64,000 nucleotides of DNA from Salpingoeca rosetta (Eukaryota > Protista > Choanoflagellata): contig JAWQFM010000035.1 of assembly GCA_033442325.1 (NCBI GenBank), positions 57,280-121,279 on the forward strand, read 5' to 3'. Of this stretch, positions 48,210 to 64,000 are shown piece by piece (the first letter of the stretch is position 1; every line of letters begins with the position of its first letter). The translations under genes and the position numbers were made by a program. The notes below the pieces were generated by a model. The model did no database searches. It was given only the letters and a program-made list of their open reading frames with translations, and was not told the DNA's origin.

Positions 48210-49803
48210 TACACACATACACACACATACAGACATACACATACACATACACATACACATACAGGAAGCGTGCTCACCTTTGTAGTACCACCAGCTGTCG
48301 AACAAGACGTATTGGTATGGGATGTTCTTCTCCTGCGCATACGCGTGCACGTCAACCATAGTTTCCTCGTATGTCTTGTTCGGCTCCGTCTTGTAAAAGT
48401 AGTCTGGGCGCAGTGGGAGGGGGCAGGGAGGGGAGGGTGATGATGGGGTTAGAGCCGGGTGTGTTGCGGTGGAAGCATGCATCCACAAGTACGCACACAA
48501 CACACACACACACACAACACACACATACACACTCACAACACGCACACACTCACAACACACACACACACACACATACGCACACACAACACGTGCACACGCA
48601 CGCAAGCACACGATGGCGTACATGCGCCGTTGTCTGTGGAGTATCCGAGCTTCTGCAGGACGTAATCGCGGCGATGGGCTGACCGCTCCTTGCCGTAATA
48701 CGTCAGCAGCGCATCGCCCCACTCCTCCATGGCCGCGTTCACCCCAGATGACAGCTGCACGACTGTCTCGACAGCGTACCCGGCCGGCACGGCCTCCACG
48801 CTGCTCATGAGCCCATACCGCAGCACGGAGCCGTCCAGCCACGTGGACGCGGTCATGAAGTTGCTAAAGGCGGAGATGACCAGCGTGGTGCTCAGATCAC
48901 GCGTGAAGAACACGGCGGGGCCCGTGTCGTTGGACCCCTGGCCGATCATCGACAGGTTGGCAAACGAGAACGTCGTCGTGGCGTACCCGCCCTGCCGGCC
49001 CTGTCAGCCGCAATTCAATCATCGTGTGTGTATGAATGTTGTGTCGTCAGAGTTGGTGGGGAGATAAAGTGAGCGATTGGGGAGGGGGATATGGAGAAGA
49101 AACAGACAGCGTTAGCAACAGCAACTCTACCAGCACGAGTGCGCTCACAAGCAACGAACCGAACAACACCACACAAACACACCAGCAACCATGCACGCCA
49201 ATCCAAACGAACCAAACTACCAAACCAGCACAAACGAATTCCAACCTTGAAGGAGAGGATGCCGATGTCCTGGCCAACGTCGGGTGGAGAGGAGACGTCA
49301 AAGGAAGGAAAAGAGGCAAGGACATGGTCCTTCTCACCGGGCTCGGCGGTGTTGTTGAAGGCGTCCACGAAGGTTTGCGCAAAGACAATGGTGTTGCTTG
49401 CCGCGTAGATGCGCGTGCTTGTCTCAAACACCTTTCCGTTGGCGGTGAACTGCTGCGCGTAGCGGGTAAACGATCCCAGCGTGTCCGTGCCGGTGGACGT
49501 GGTGGTGCCCTGCGCCAGCTTCAGCGATCCGTCCTTGGTGGTGTACACCTTGCCGTCTGCGCGCACGAACGTATCGGCGCTGCTGAACCACGTCTTCCCG
49601 TCCACCACAACAGCGTACGTTGTCGGTGAGCTGAAGTTCACCTTGATCCGCCCGCCACTGCCAGCTGCAGTCACGGCCGGTGCCGCCAGCATTGCCAGCG
49701 CCGCCAGCATTGCCAGCGCTGTAATTCCAAACACAAACATAGTCGTCACAGCTCGCATCGCAGGCGCTACAGTCACCGCCCGCCTCCTCATCATCATCAT
49801 CAT
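46468..49803 (-). CDS. Secreted putative glycoside hydrolase, clan GH-D (GH36/Sip1-like TIM barrel), uncharacterised family
   Basis: Signal peptide, then LGYSTDNGAYYFY, FDSWWY, LHNRFW, VVYEQDWL, IQYCM and ARASRDY. The motif order parallels the DDGW / KxD / CM / RxSxD motifs of raffinose-synthase-like enzymes. Five GT-AG exons. Confidence 0.7.
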
Positions 49804-50712
49804 TGTTGTCTTGTTTGCTGTGTTTCAAAAATGCCATTGGAGCGAAAGGCAAAAACGCCTTTGCAATGATGGTGGTGTCAACGTGAAATATGCAGTGTGT
49901 CCCTCCTCACGTTGTAGGTGTGTGTGACAATGATCGTGATCGCTGTAGTCGATGGTTTGTATTGGTTGGGGCAGAAAGCTATTGCCGTACGAGTTGTGGT
50001 AGGGAATACACTGGTTGGAAGAATGAATACGCAACACAGTATCAGTTCGCTCATGGCAGGGTAAATCACACATTCACTTGGTCTCCGACGTGTATGACCA
50101 TGAGTGAACCAAACCATTCTGGTCACTTGACGTGTAGGCTCGTAAGTCTCGTGATGAGACAATTCCTTTGTTCCTGCTGGGCTTCTCCCAGAACACCATA
50201 AATCTTAGTGAGTTCTCCCAACTCTCTAACAGGTGGAGTTGTTGGTGGTGGTGGTGGTGCTCTCACATGTCAGCCTTTCCTGATGTGTGTCTTGTTCATT
50301 CAGTCAAGCAGGCAAGCAGGTAAAGCAGTGGGGGGTAGGAACGTAGGGGGACAGAAAGAGCACGAGTGTGTTGCCAGCAAACAACGCCACACACACACAC
50401 ACACACGCACACACACACACACATACAAACACACACGCACACACACACACGCACACGCACACGCAAGACATGCAGATAAGGAAAGAATGGACGGACTGAC
50501 AGAGGAGGGACAGGTGTGCACACAAGAATCCACCGTGCCTGACACAGTAGACATCTGGCATGCGTCTCACGAGCGAGAGAACAACAACAATGACGACAAG
50601 AAGCAGGTCAAGAAGAGTGGTGATGGATGATACCCATCATGCCAACGACGGCGACGACGACGGCAGCGGTGGTGATGATGTGCGAGGAGTAGACAATCGG
50701 TGTGGAGGGCCA

Positions 50713-53065
<2,353 letters not shown>

Positions 53066-53944
53066 GGCGGCTGTGTCTGTGTCGATGATTCTGCAAAAAG
53101 GCAAGACGTGAAATGCGACCCGCGCAATGTCAGATGATAAACGACAGTCATACGGCCACCAACCAACAAACCACCACCACCACCACCACCACCACCACAC
53201 GGGTTATGACGCAACACAAACAAAACCACGAAGCCAGTATGTTTTGCTACATGTCTACAGCGTGCATAGCATTGCCGCAATTGAAGTTGGGGGATAAGTT
53301 ATCGGTCGTGAGTCACCACTATTTGTGGAACGACGCGCCGACAAACAAACAAGCAACCAACCAACACAAAAGCAAACCCAATACAACCAACACAAACAAA
53401 CCCAAGTATCGTGTGTCACACCCACCAAGAAATGAGAGCAGACAATCCGAGCGCCTGAGAAGAGGAACGCACACCAGAACGTGGCCAAAGGGACACCTAG
53501 AATCCACACCACTCCAACGCGTTCCTTTGTGTGCGTGTGTTGTGTGTTTGTGTATGATCTGCCAAAGATGCAGGGAGAGCAGGGTCTGCTTGTGCTTGCG
53601 GCGCTTGCTGTGCTTCTTGTTGTTTTGGTCGCTTTTCGATGGATGGATATGGTGTTGCTGCTTCTGCTTTGTTGGTGCTTTTTTTTTTTTTTTTTTGTGC
53701 GCGCTTCCAACAAGCACGATTATTCGCGATGTCTCGCTACGAAAGAATTTATTCGTGTCAAACTTGTTTCAGTCTCTGACGCTGATCTGCCATATTTCCC
53801 GTAGATTGCGCCTTCCTTTGCGCTGCTGCCTGTTTCAGTGAGAGGGTTGTTTTGGTTTGCCACTTGTTCTTGCGACCATCCATCCATTGTGTGGTGTTTG
53901 TGCGCTCCGTCCATCCCCTGTCGCCACATCGATCCACCGCCGCC

Positions 53945-57817
<3,873 letters not shown>

Positions 57818-57837
57818 ACACCCCCTGTAACTTGCCA

Positions 57838-58063
57838 CGAACAGCAGGAGACATACAAGACTGTCGTGTGCTATTTAAAGGGCGTGACCCTGGTTTTAGA
57901 TCAAGTTTAGGAGTCATGTAGCAACACTGATTTGAGCAACCACACAACCTCAACGCGACATGTTGGAGAGAAATGGCGTGAACAGAAGAGAAGTGAATGT
58001 GAATTTGTGGTATCGTGAAGAAGGGAGGTCAATGATGACTCCGACGGGATTTGCTTGTCAACA
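57838..58063 (+). repeat. Diverged partial copy of repeat family A
   Basis: Shares gagcaaccacacaa, gtgaatg.aatttgtgg..tcgtgaagaagggaggtcaatgatgactc and the terminal TGTCAACA with the copy at 62243-62672. Confidence 0.7.
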
Positions 58064-58189
58064 TAAATGTCGATGCCTCGACTGCTGTTCATGTTCGTGT
58101 GTGCGTCGTTGAGCCGTGTTCGCTGTGGTTATTACGGGTGAGGTATCTCACCTCTTCTCTTCTCCTCCTGCTGTCCTTTCTCTTCCACC

Positions 58190-58545
58190 CACTACATGAG
58201 CTGATGCTCGCGTTTCGGAAGGGCCTTTGTCAGGAGATCTGCTGACTGTTCCGTCGTCTTCAAGTACGCCAACTTGCTTTCACCACTTGCTGTCATATAT
58301 AGTGCATCCTGACTCCAAGATGCTTGGCTCGTGGCGTGAGCTGGTGTTGCTGAGCGAGCGCAGCAGCTGGCTGAGAGTCCGTGTACATAGTCGGTGATGG
58401 TCTAATGTTCGTGACCGAGCTCGGCTCACAAGTTTCTAACCCCTAATGCTTGCTTTGCTGCTTCTGTCATTGCGATGTATTCTGCCTCTGCAGATAACAG
58501 GGTGACGAAAGGTTGGCGATTCGAGGACCAGGACACCGGGAGCCC
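58190..58545 (-). pseudogene. Degenerate Ty1/copia RNase H fragment
   Basis: GLPVSWSSNRQPFVTLLSAEAEYIAMTEAAKQALGVRNL* ... VRMHYI* ... YLKTTEQSADLLTKALP, with stops and frameshifts. Confidence 0.85.
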
Positions 58546-58563
58546 CACTACAGTGAGTACCGC

Positions 58564-59008
58564 TGTCGACATACAAGTCATGTCTGTATGCTGAGTCATC
58601 ATTGACCTCCCTTCTTCACGACACCACAAATTTACATTCACCTCTCTTGTGTTCTGGAATGTTCACGTGATTTCCCTCCAACCTGTTGCACGTGCAGTGT
58701 TTAGCTTGTGTGGTTGCTCGATGTTACATGCTCTTGCATAACACACCACATAACCACACAACTCTCAACAAACACTGCCACGTCACCACTTTGCGTTGTC
58801 GACAATTCTTGTCTTCTGCTCTGTTTCTTTCTGTTGGAGTGTTCATTCATCGTACATCCTTGTTTGCTTCACAACTCAAGTAAACACACACAACTTCCTC
58901 TTGCCAAGACAATCTCCCGCACAACACACAGCACACACACAGCACACACAGCACACACACACACACACAAGTCTCCAACAACAGCACCACCGCCATGAGT
59001 GTTCAACA
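58564..59008 (-). repeat. Repeat family A copy (about 445 bp, TGTCG...CAACA termini; probable copia-type LTR), inverted relative to the other copies
   Basis: Near-identical reverse complement of 59859-60207 and 62243-62672. Confidence 0.85.
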
Positions 59009-59858
59009 GTTATTGCGGCTGCCTCCAGACTGGTGCTTGAACCCCGATTGCATGCTCCTGTTGGGGTTGTGGTAGCAGTCCTCCTCACGATGGAAACAGT
59101 GCTTCCCGCAGGGTGGGTGTTGTAACACGGCAGGTGTGTGTGTGTTTACTGTAGGCAAACGCAACAAAGAAGAACACAAGGAGAATGAACAAGCACAACA
59201 AGCTGCTGCCAAATCAACTCGGGCAGCATGCTCAAACAAACACTAGACAAGTGCACACACAGCCAACAGAGCTGCCAAGGCGACATGGGCAGGGTGTGCA
59301 CGAACACAAACAATCTAAACAACGAACAGCACGCATACATGCGCGCAGAGCAATGCTAAGCATGGCATGAATGCTTGCAGGCAAGCATACACAACAGACA
59401 ACACTTCACAACACTACATGGCACGAAGGCATGGCATCCGTCAAGCATGGCGAGCATGCACACACACACAAACACATGGCACACAACTCACGTGTGTAGG
59501 GGAAGGAGGAGAGGAGAGGCATGCCAGCAGGGAGGAAGGAATGTTTGCCAACGGAAAAACCACAAAGCTGGTGTTGTTGGCAAACAAGACAAAACCACAC
59601 GAGAAGGCAAATTAGGAAGGACTCAACACAAAACACTGACTCTCAAACAACACATACCGGCGGCACCATTTGCACACAGTTTTCGCCCTCTTTAGACGCC
59701 GAGGCGACTTACCGATGTGTAGTACGTGTTCCTACGCACCTTCCTCACGCTCAGACTAGGGTTGCTGAAGAGGATCTGCTTCGTCAGTTATTGAACGGGT
59801 GCTGGTGGCGTCTTGATCTCGTTTCCAAACGCCTTCGGCTTCGTGGTGTGAAAGTTGG

Positions 59859-60207
59859 TGTTGTCCACTCATGGTGGTGGTGCTGTTGTTGGAGACTTGT
59901 GTGTGTGTGTGTGTGCTGTGTGTGCTGTGTGTTGTGTGGGAGATTGTCTTGGCAAGAGAGAGTTGTGTGTGTTTACTTGAGTTGTGAAGCAAACAAGGAT
60001 GTAGGGTGAATGAACACTCCAACAGAAAGAACAGAAAGAAACAGAGCAGAAGACAAGAATTGTCGACAACGCAAAGTGGTGACGTGGCAGTGTTTGTTGA
60101 GAGTTGTGTGGTTATGTGGTGTGTTATGCAAGAGCATGTAACATCGAGCAACCACACAAGCTAAACACTGCACGTGCAACAGGTTGGAGGGAAATCACGT
60201 GAACATT
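59859..60207 (+). repeat. Repeat family A copy, truncated by an assembly gap
   Basis: Begins TGTTG and matches 62243 onward. Confidence 0.85.
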
Positions 60208-60378
60208 NNNNNNNNNNNNNNNNNNNNNNNNNNNNNNNNNNNNNNNNNNNNNNNNNNNNNNNNNNNNNNNNNNNNNNNNNNNNNNNNNNNNNNNNNNNNN
60301 NNNNNNNNNNNNNNNNNNNNNNNNNNNNNNNNNNNNNNNNNNNNNNNNNNNNNNNNNNNNNNNNNNNNNNNNNNNNNN

Positions 60379-61095
60379 CAACGCACGCCCAATGACGAAC
60401 CCACCACCCCTGCCCGGACGGCGAATCGGGACGAATACGAGGTGGAACGCATCCTCGACGAGCGACTCCGACGCGGCAAGAGGCAGTACCTGATCAAGTG
60501 GGCCGGCTACGACATCAACGACAGCACCTGGATCAACGAAGACCAGCTCACCCGCGACGTGCGTACACTGATCATGGAGTGGCATCAGGCTTCGCGCAAC
60601 GCAGCGGCTTGAGGGCAAGCCGTTTTTAGAGAGGGGGAAGGTGTAACGTCGCTCGCCTGTCTCTCTCTGTCTCTCCCCTCTGCCTCTCCGACTCCCTTAC
60701 CCACTGCACCTTGTCCCGCTGTGTTCCCCTGTTTCCCCCCTTCTCGCCCTTCGAGGCACCGTATTGCTCTGGATGTTCTTTGTTCTCCTAATGTTCTGAT
60801 GTCATGTTTAGTCTGATTGACGTCATGTTTAACTCGTGAGTGCCGTATAGTAGCGTTTGCCTGTGTCGTGTCACGCCGTGCCCAGTGCCTCGGAACCGCT
60901 TGCCTCTCGGCAGCGATCCCGAGCACTCGGCACGGTACCGTCATCAACTAAGATGACGGCACGACACATGCCTGCATGCTGTGTTACGTCTGTTGCCCTT
61001 GTCTCTTGTTTTCCCCCTTGCTTAACCACAAAGCACCCCTCTTGTTGCCTGCTAGCACGTGTGTGTTGCCCTGCACCCTGTTGTCGCTTATCTCA
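60379..61095 (+). mobile_element. 3' end of a chromoviral Ty3/gypsy retrotransposon: chromodomain, PPT and 3' LTR (60642-61095)
   Basis: EYEVERILDERLRRGKRQYLIKWAGYDINDSTWINEDQL, stop at 60612, polypurine tract AGAGAGGGGGAAGG, then TGTAACG...TTATCTCA. Confidence 0.92.
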
Positions 61096-61100
61096 CGTGA

Positions 61101-61717
61101 TTGTCTGTGCCTTGTTCAGTTCTTTTGTTCCCTGGGTTTACCTCACATCAGTACACAGAACAAGCCACCCGACACACCTCGACCACAGTTCCGTCACACT
61201 TCNNNNNNNNNNNNNNNNNNNNNNNNNNNNNNNNNNNNNNNNNNNNNNNNNNNNNNNNNNNNNNNNNNNNNNNNNNNNNNNNNNNNNNNNNNNNNNNNNN
61301 NNGCGACTCCAAAGCCAACCTGAAGCACGCCAACCTCAACAATGCCGAGTTGATTTCCGTTGACCTTCGCAACGTCAACTACGAAGGCGCAACATTCGAC
61401 GGAGCAGACCTGACAAATGCGCGCGTCGAACGTGCCCGCAATTCACGCCATTCTGCGCATGGCTCCGTGCCCGAGCAATTTGCCAAGGCCAAAACCACCG
61501 ACACGCAATGGACGTATTCTCGGCACTATTGACACCCGCCCTCACCCGCCATTTACTGTTTTTCCATGTCACCCACATCATCCTCACACCGACCACAAAA
61601 CGAGCCACACCTCTTCCACTTGTCTGTGCCTTGTTCAGTTCTTTTGTTCCCTGGTTTACTTCGCACATCAGTACACAGAACAAGCCACCGACACACCTCG
61701 ACCACAGCCCCGTCACA
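61101..61717 (+). repeat. About 100-bp direct repeat pair (61101-61200 and 61620-61717)
   Basis: ttgtctgtgccttgttcagttcttttgttccctgg...gacacacctcgaccacag occurs twice with few differences. Confidence 0.85.
61303..61532 (+). CDS. C-terminal fragment of a pentapeptide-repeat protein
   Basis: ANLKH ANLNN AELIS VDLRN VNYEG ATFDG ADLTN ARVER; the 5' part is in the gap at 61203-61302. Confidence 0.7.
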
Positions 61718-62242
61718 GTCGTGATGTGGGTGAGAGCCGAGCGATCAAGGGATTGAACACCGGCGTCGACAGGAGCTGATGGCGCTGATTACCAAGAAGA
61801 TGCAAGACCCACAGTTGGGGTGAGATCTATATAGGCGGCAGACGACGTCATTGAGGACGATGACGCAAAGACATCTGGCGCACACGATGTTTACAAAGCC
61901 GGGCGTGGAGAAGTACGACGTTGTGCCATTGTCGAAGACAGTACAATTTCGTGTTTGCAGCTGAGTTGGTGTGTGGTTGCTCTGTGCTCGAGGTGGGGAG
62001 CGAACGATATCGCTACCAAGTGTCGTAGACCAAGTGTAGGAGATGTGTATCGGAATGTGGACTTGATACAGCAGTAGTAAAATGGACTCAGACAGTAGGC
62101 AAGTGCAAGTGCACGTGCAAGAGCAAGTGTGGTTGGTGTTGTGTGTATGTGTGTCGTGTGGTGTGGAGTAGTGGTGGTTCGAGTAAGGAGTGCTGGAGTG
62201 GAACCACAACACACACCAAGCAAAAAAGCACACACAAGTCTT

Positions 62243-62672
62243 TGTTGCAAGTTCATGGTGGTGGTGCTGTTGTTGGAGACTTGTGTGTGTGTGTGTGCTG
62301 TGTGTGCAGAGTGTGCTGTGTTGTGTGGGAGATTGTCTTGGCAAGAGAGAGTTGTGTGTGTTTACTTGAGTTGTGAAGCAAACAAGGATGTAGGATGAAT
62401 GAACACTCCAACAGAAAGAAACAGAGCAGAAGACAAGAATTGTCGACAACGCAAAGTGGTGGCAGTGTTTGTTGAGAGTTGTGTGGTTATGTGGTGTGTT
62501 ATGCAAGAGCATGTAACATCGAGCAACCACACAAGCTAAACACTGCACGTGCAACAGGTTGGAGGGAAATCACGTGAACATTCCAGAACACAAGAGAGGT
62601 GAATGCAAATTTGTGGTGTCGTGAAGAAGGGAGGTCAATGATGACTCAGCAGACAGGACTTGCCTGTCAACA
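62243..62672 (+). repeat. Repeat family A complete copy (TGTTG...CAACA)
   Basis: Terminal inverted pentamers; matches the other copies. Confidence 0.85.
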
Positions 62673-63475
62673 TTGAGCTCTACGGTCTTCTACTCAAGTA
62701 CATGAACGCAGCTCGAACAGGTGTGCTCGTGAGGGAATATATGTCATTATGCGCTAAGTATATCTGCCCTGCCTGTCGTCTGCCCTTGGGTCTATTGTAT
62801 CTACTGTATCTATTGTCTATTGGATGTGTACTGACGTACGGATGTGTTCCGCATCACAGATGCGTCGCTTCAGAGACATTTTCAGGAGCACGTGCAAGCA
62901 GGCAAAAAGATCGATCCTGAGCTATTGCTAGAGATTGTGTCTCTGGCGGCAACGCACATCAAACGTAAGTGCACGGATGCCTTGTTTTTTGGTGTGTCTC
63001 TTGTTAAGATATCTGACGTAGCTGCGTGTTTGCAGAAGAGAAACGAAGCTCACCCAATTCTGCGGTGTGCTTGCGTGCTTATCTTTAGACCTTGCAATGA
63101 TAGCAGAAGTGATTGTGGTACTAGAGGGACACCACCCACTGAAGCTACGGCGTGACACACAAAGGCAGGCAGTCCTTCCGGATTGCCTGATTCGACAGCT
63201 AAAGAGAGTGCTGGCGTCGGAGAAGAATGTATCTTTCCTCACCCCGCCAGCTGAAGCAGACGCGCAACTTGCGTATCTGCTTACGCAAGGCGAGATCAAG
63301 TATGCGCTGCTCCCGAGTGGAGACAGTGACCTAGCTGTCTACGGTCAGCCCGAAGTCGTATTCAACTATGAACTCCTGGGTGACACGGTGTGTGGGTGTG
63401 TAATGGAGACACCGCCTTCGCCACGAACAGTATTGGCCGCAGTGATGTGTCGAAATGACTACTTCTGGAAGAAAG
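62663..63475 (+). pseudogene. Spliced XPG/FEN1/Exo1-like (PIN-fold) nuclease fragment
   Basis: Three in-phase GT-AG exons give VNIELYGLL...VIVVLEGHHPLK...PAEADAQLAYL...SGDSDLAVYG...LAAVMCRNDY. May be a pseudogene or continue beyond the window. Confidence 0.7.
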
Positions 63476-63508
63476 GTGTGTATACGTGTGCGTGTGTGAG
63501 TGTGAACA

Positions 63509-63537
63509 TGTAACGTCGCTCGCCTGCCTCCCCCTGC

Positions 63538-63601
<64 letters not shown>

Positions 63602-64000
63602 CTCCCCGTTCCCTGCACCTTGCCCCGCTGTGTCCCATTGTTTTCCCTTTCTTGCCCTTCGCGGCACCGTACTGCCTTGCATGTTCTTTGTTCTCCTAAC
63701 ATTCTGTTGTCATGTTTAGTCTGATTGACGTCATGCTTAATTCGAGAGTGTCGTATGGTAGCGTTTGCATGGGTCGTGCCACGCCGTGTCCAGTGCCTCG
63801 GAACCGCTTGCCTCTCGGCAGCGATCCCGAGCACTCGGCACGGTGCCGTCATCAACCAAGATGACGACACGACACATGCCTGCATGTTGAGTTGCGTCTG
63901 TACTCTTGTCTCTTGTTTTCCCCTTGCTTAACCACAAGCACCCCTCTTGTTGCCTGCTAGCACGTGTGTGTTGCCCTGCACCCTGTTGTCGCTTATCTCA
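63509..64000 (+). mobile_element. Second chromoviral LTR (solo LTR, or 5' LTR of an element beyond the window)
   Basis: TGTAACGTCGCTCGCC...GTCGCTTATCTCA, homologous to 60642-61095 with scattered substitutions and an expanded (CT)n. Confidence 0.9.

Noticed and set aside
60642-64000. Single intact LTR retrotransposon between the two LTRs
   Set aside because: The upstream LTR is a 3' LTR, the copies are diverged, and no gag or pol lies between them.

Overview
Eukaryotic, intron-rich genomic DNA with very frequent (GT/CA)n microsatellites in introns and five assembly gaps. Gene content and style suggest a choanoflagellate such as Salpingoeca rosetta (inference). Most ORF-track entries are microsatellite artefacts, so genes were assembled by hand from GT-AG exons. 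From 0.7 to 57.7 kb there are 14 protein genes: a giant mosaic single-pass surface protein, ceramide glucosyltransferase, an ankyrin+SAM protein, 40S ribosomal protein S18, an ALDH22/MSC7-type aldehyde dehydrogenase, an SLC25 carrier, a four-finger C2H2 factor, a GCR1/cAMP-receptor-type GPCR, a 73-aa metallothionein, a DnaJ/DnaJ-X protein, a Gal-3-O-sulfotransferase, a clan GH-D-like glycoside hydrolase, Rab14 and a medium-chain acyl-CoA dehydrogenase with a damaged 3' end. The last ~6 kb is a transposon nest: a copia RNase H relic, four copies of a TGTYG...CAACA-bounded repeat, a chromovirus 3' end with two LTR copies, a pentapeptide-repeat fragment and a spliced XPG/PIN-like nuclease fragment. 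The best candidate for an undescribed system is the giant surface protein. It joins animal-type matrix/adhesion modules to a large module, apparently bacterial-like, that carries two long amphipathic beta-hairpin-like segments, followed by a polybasic cleavage site, a transmembrane helix and a tail with VxP and PDZ-binding motifs.
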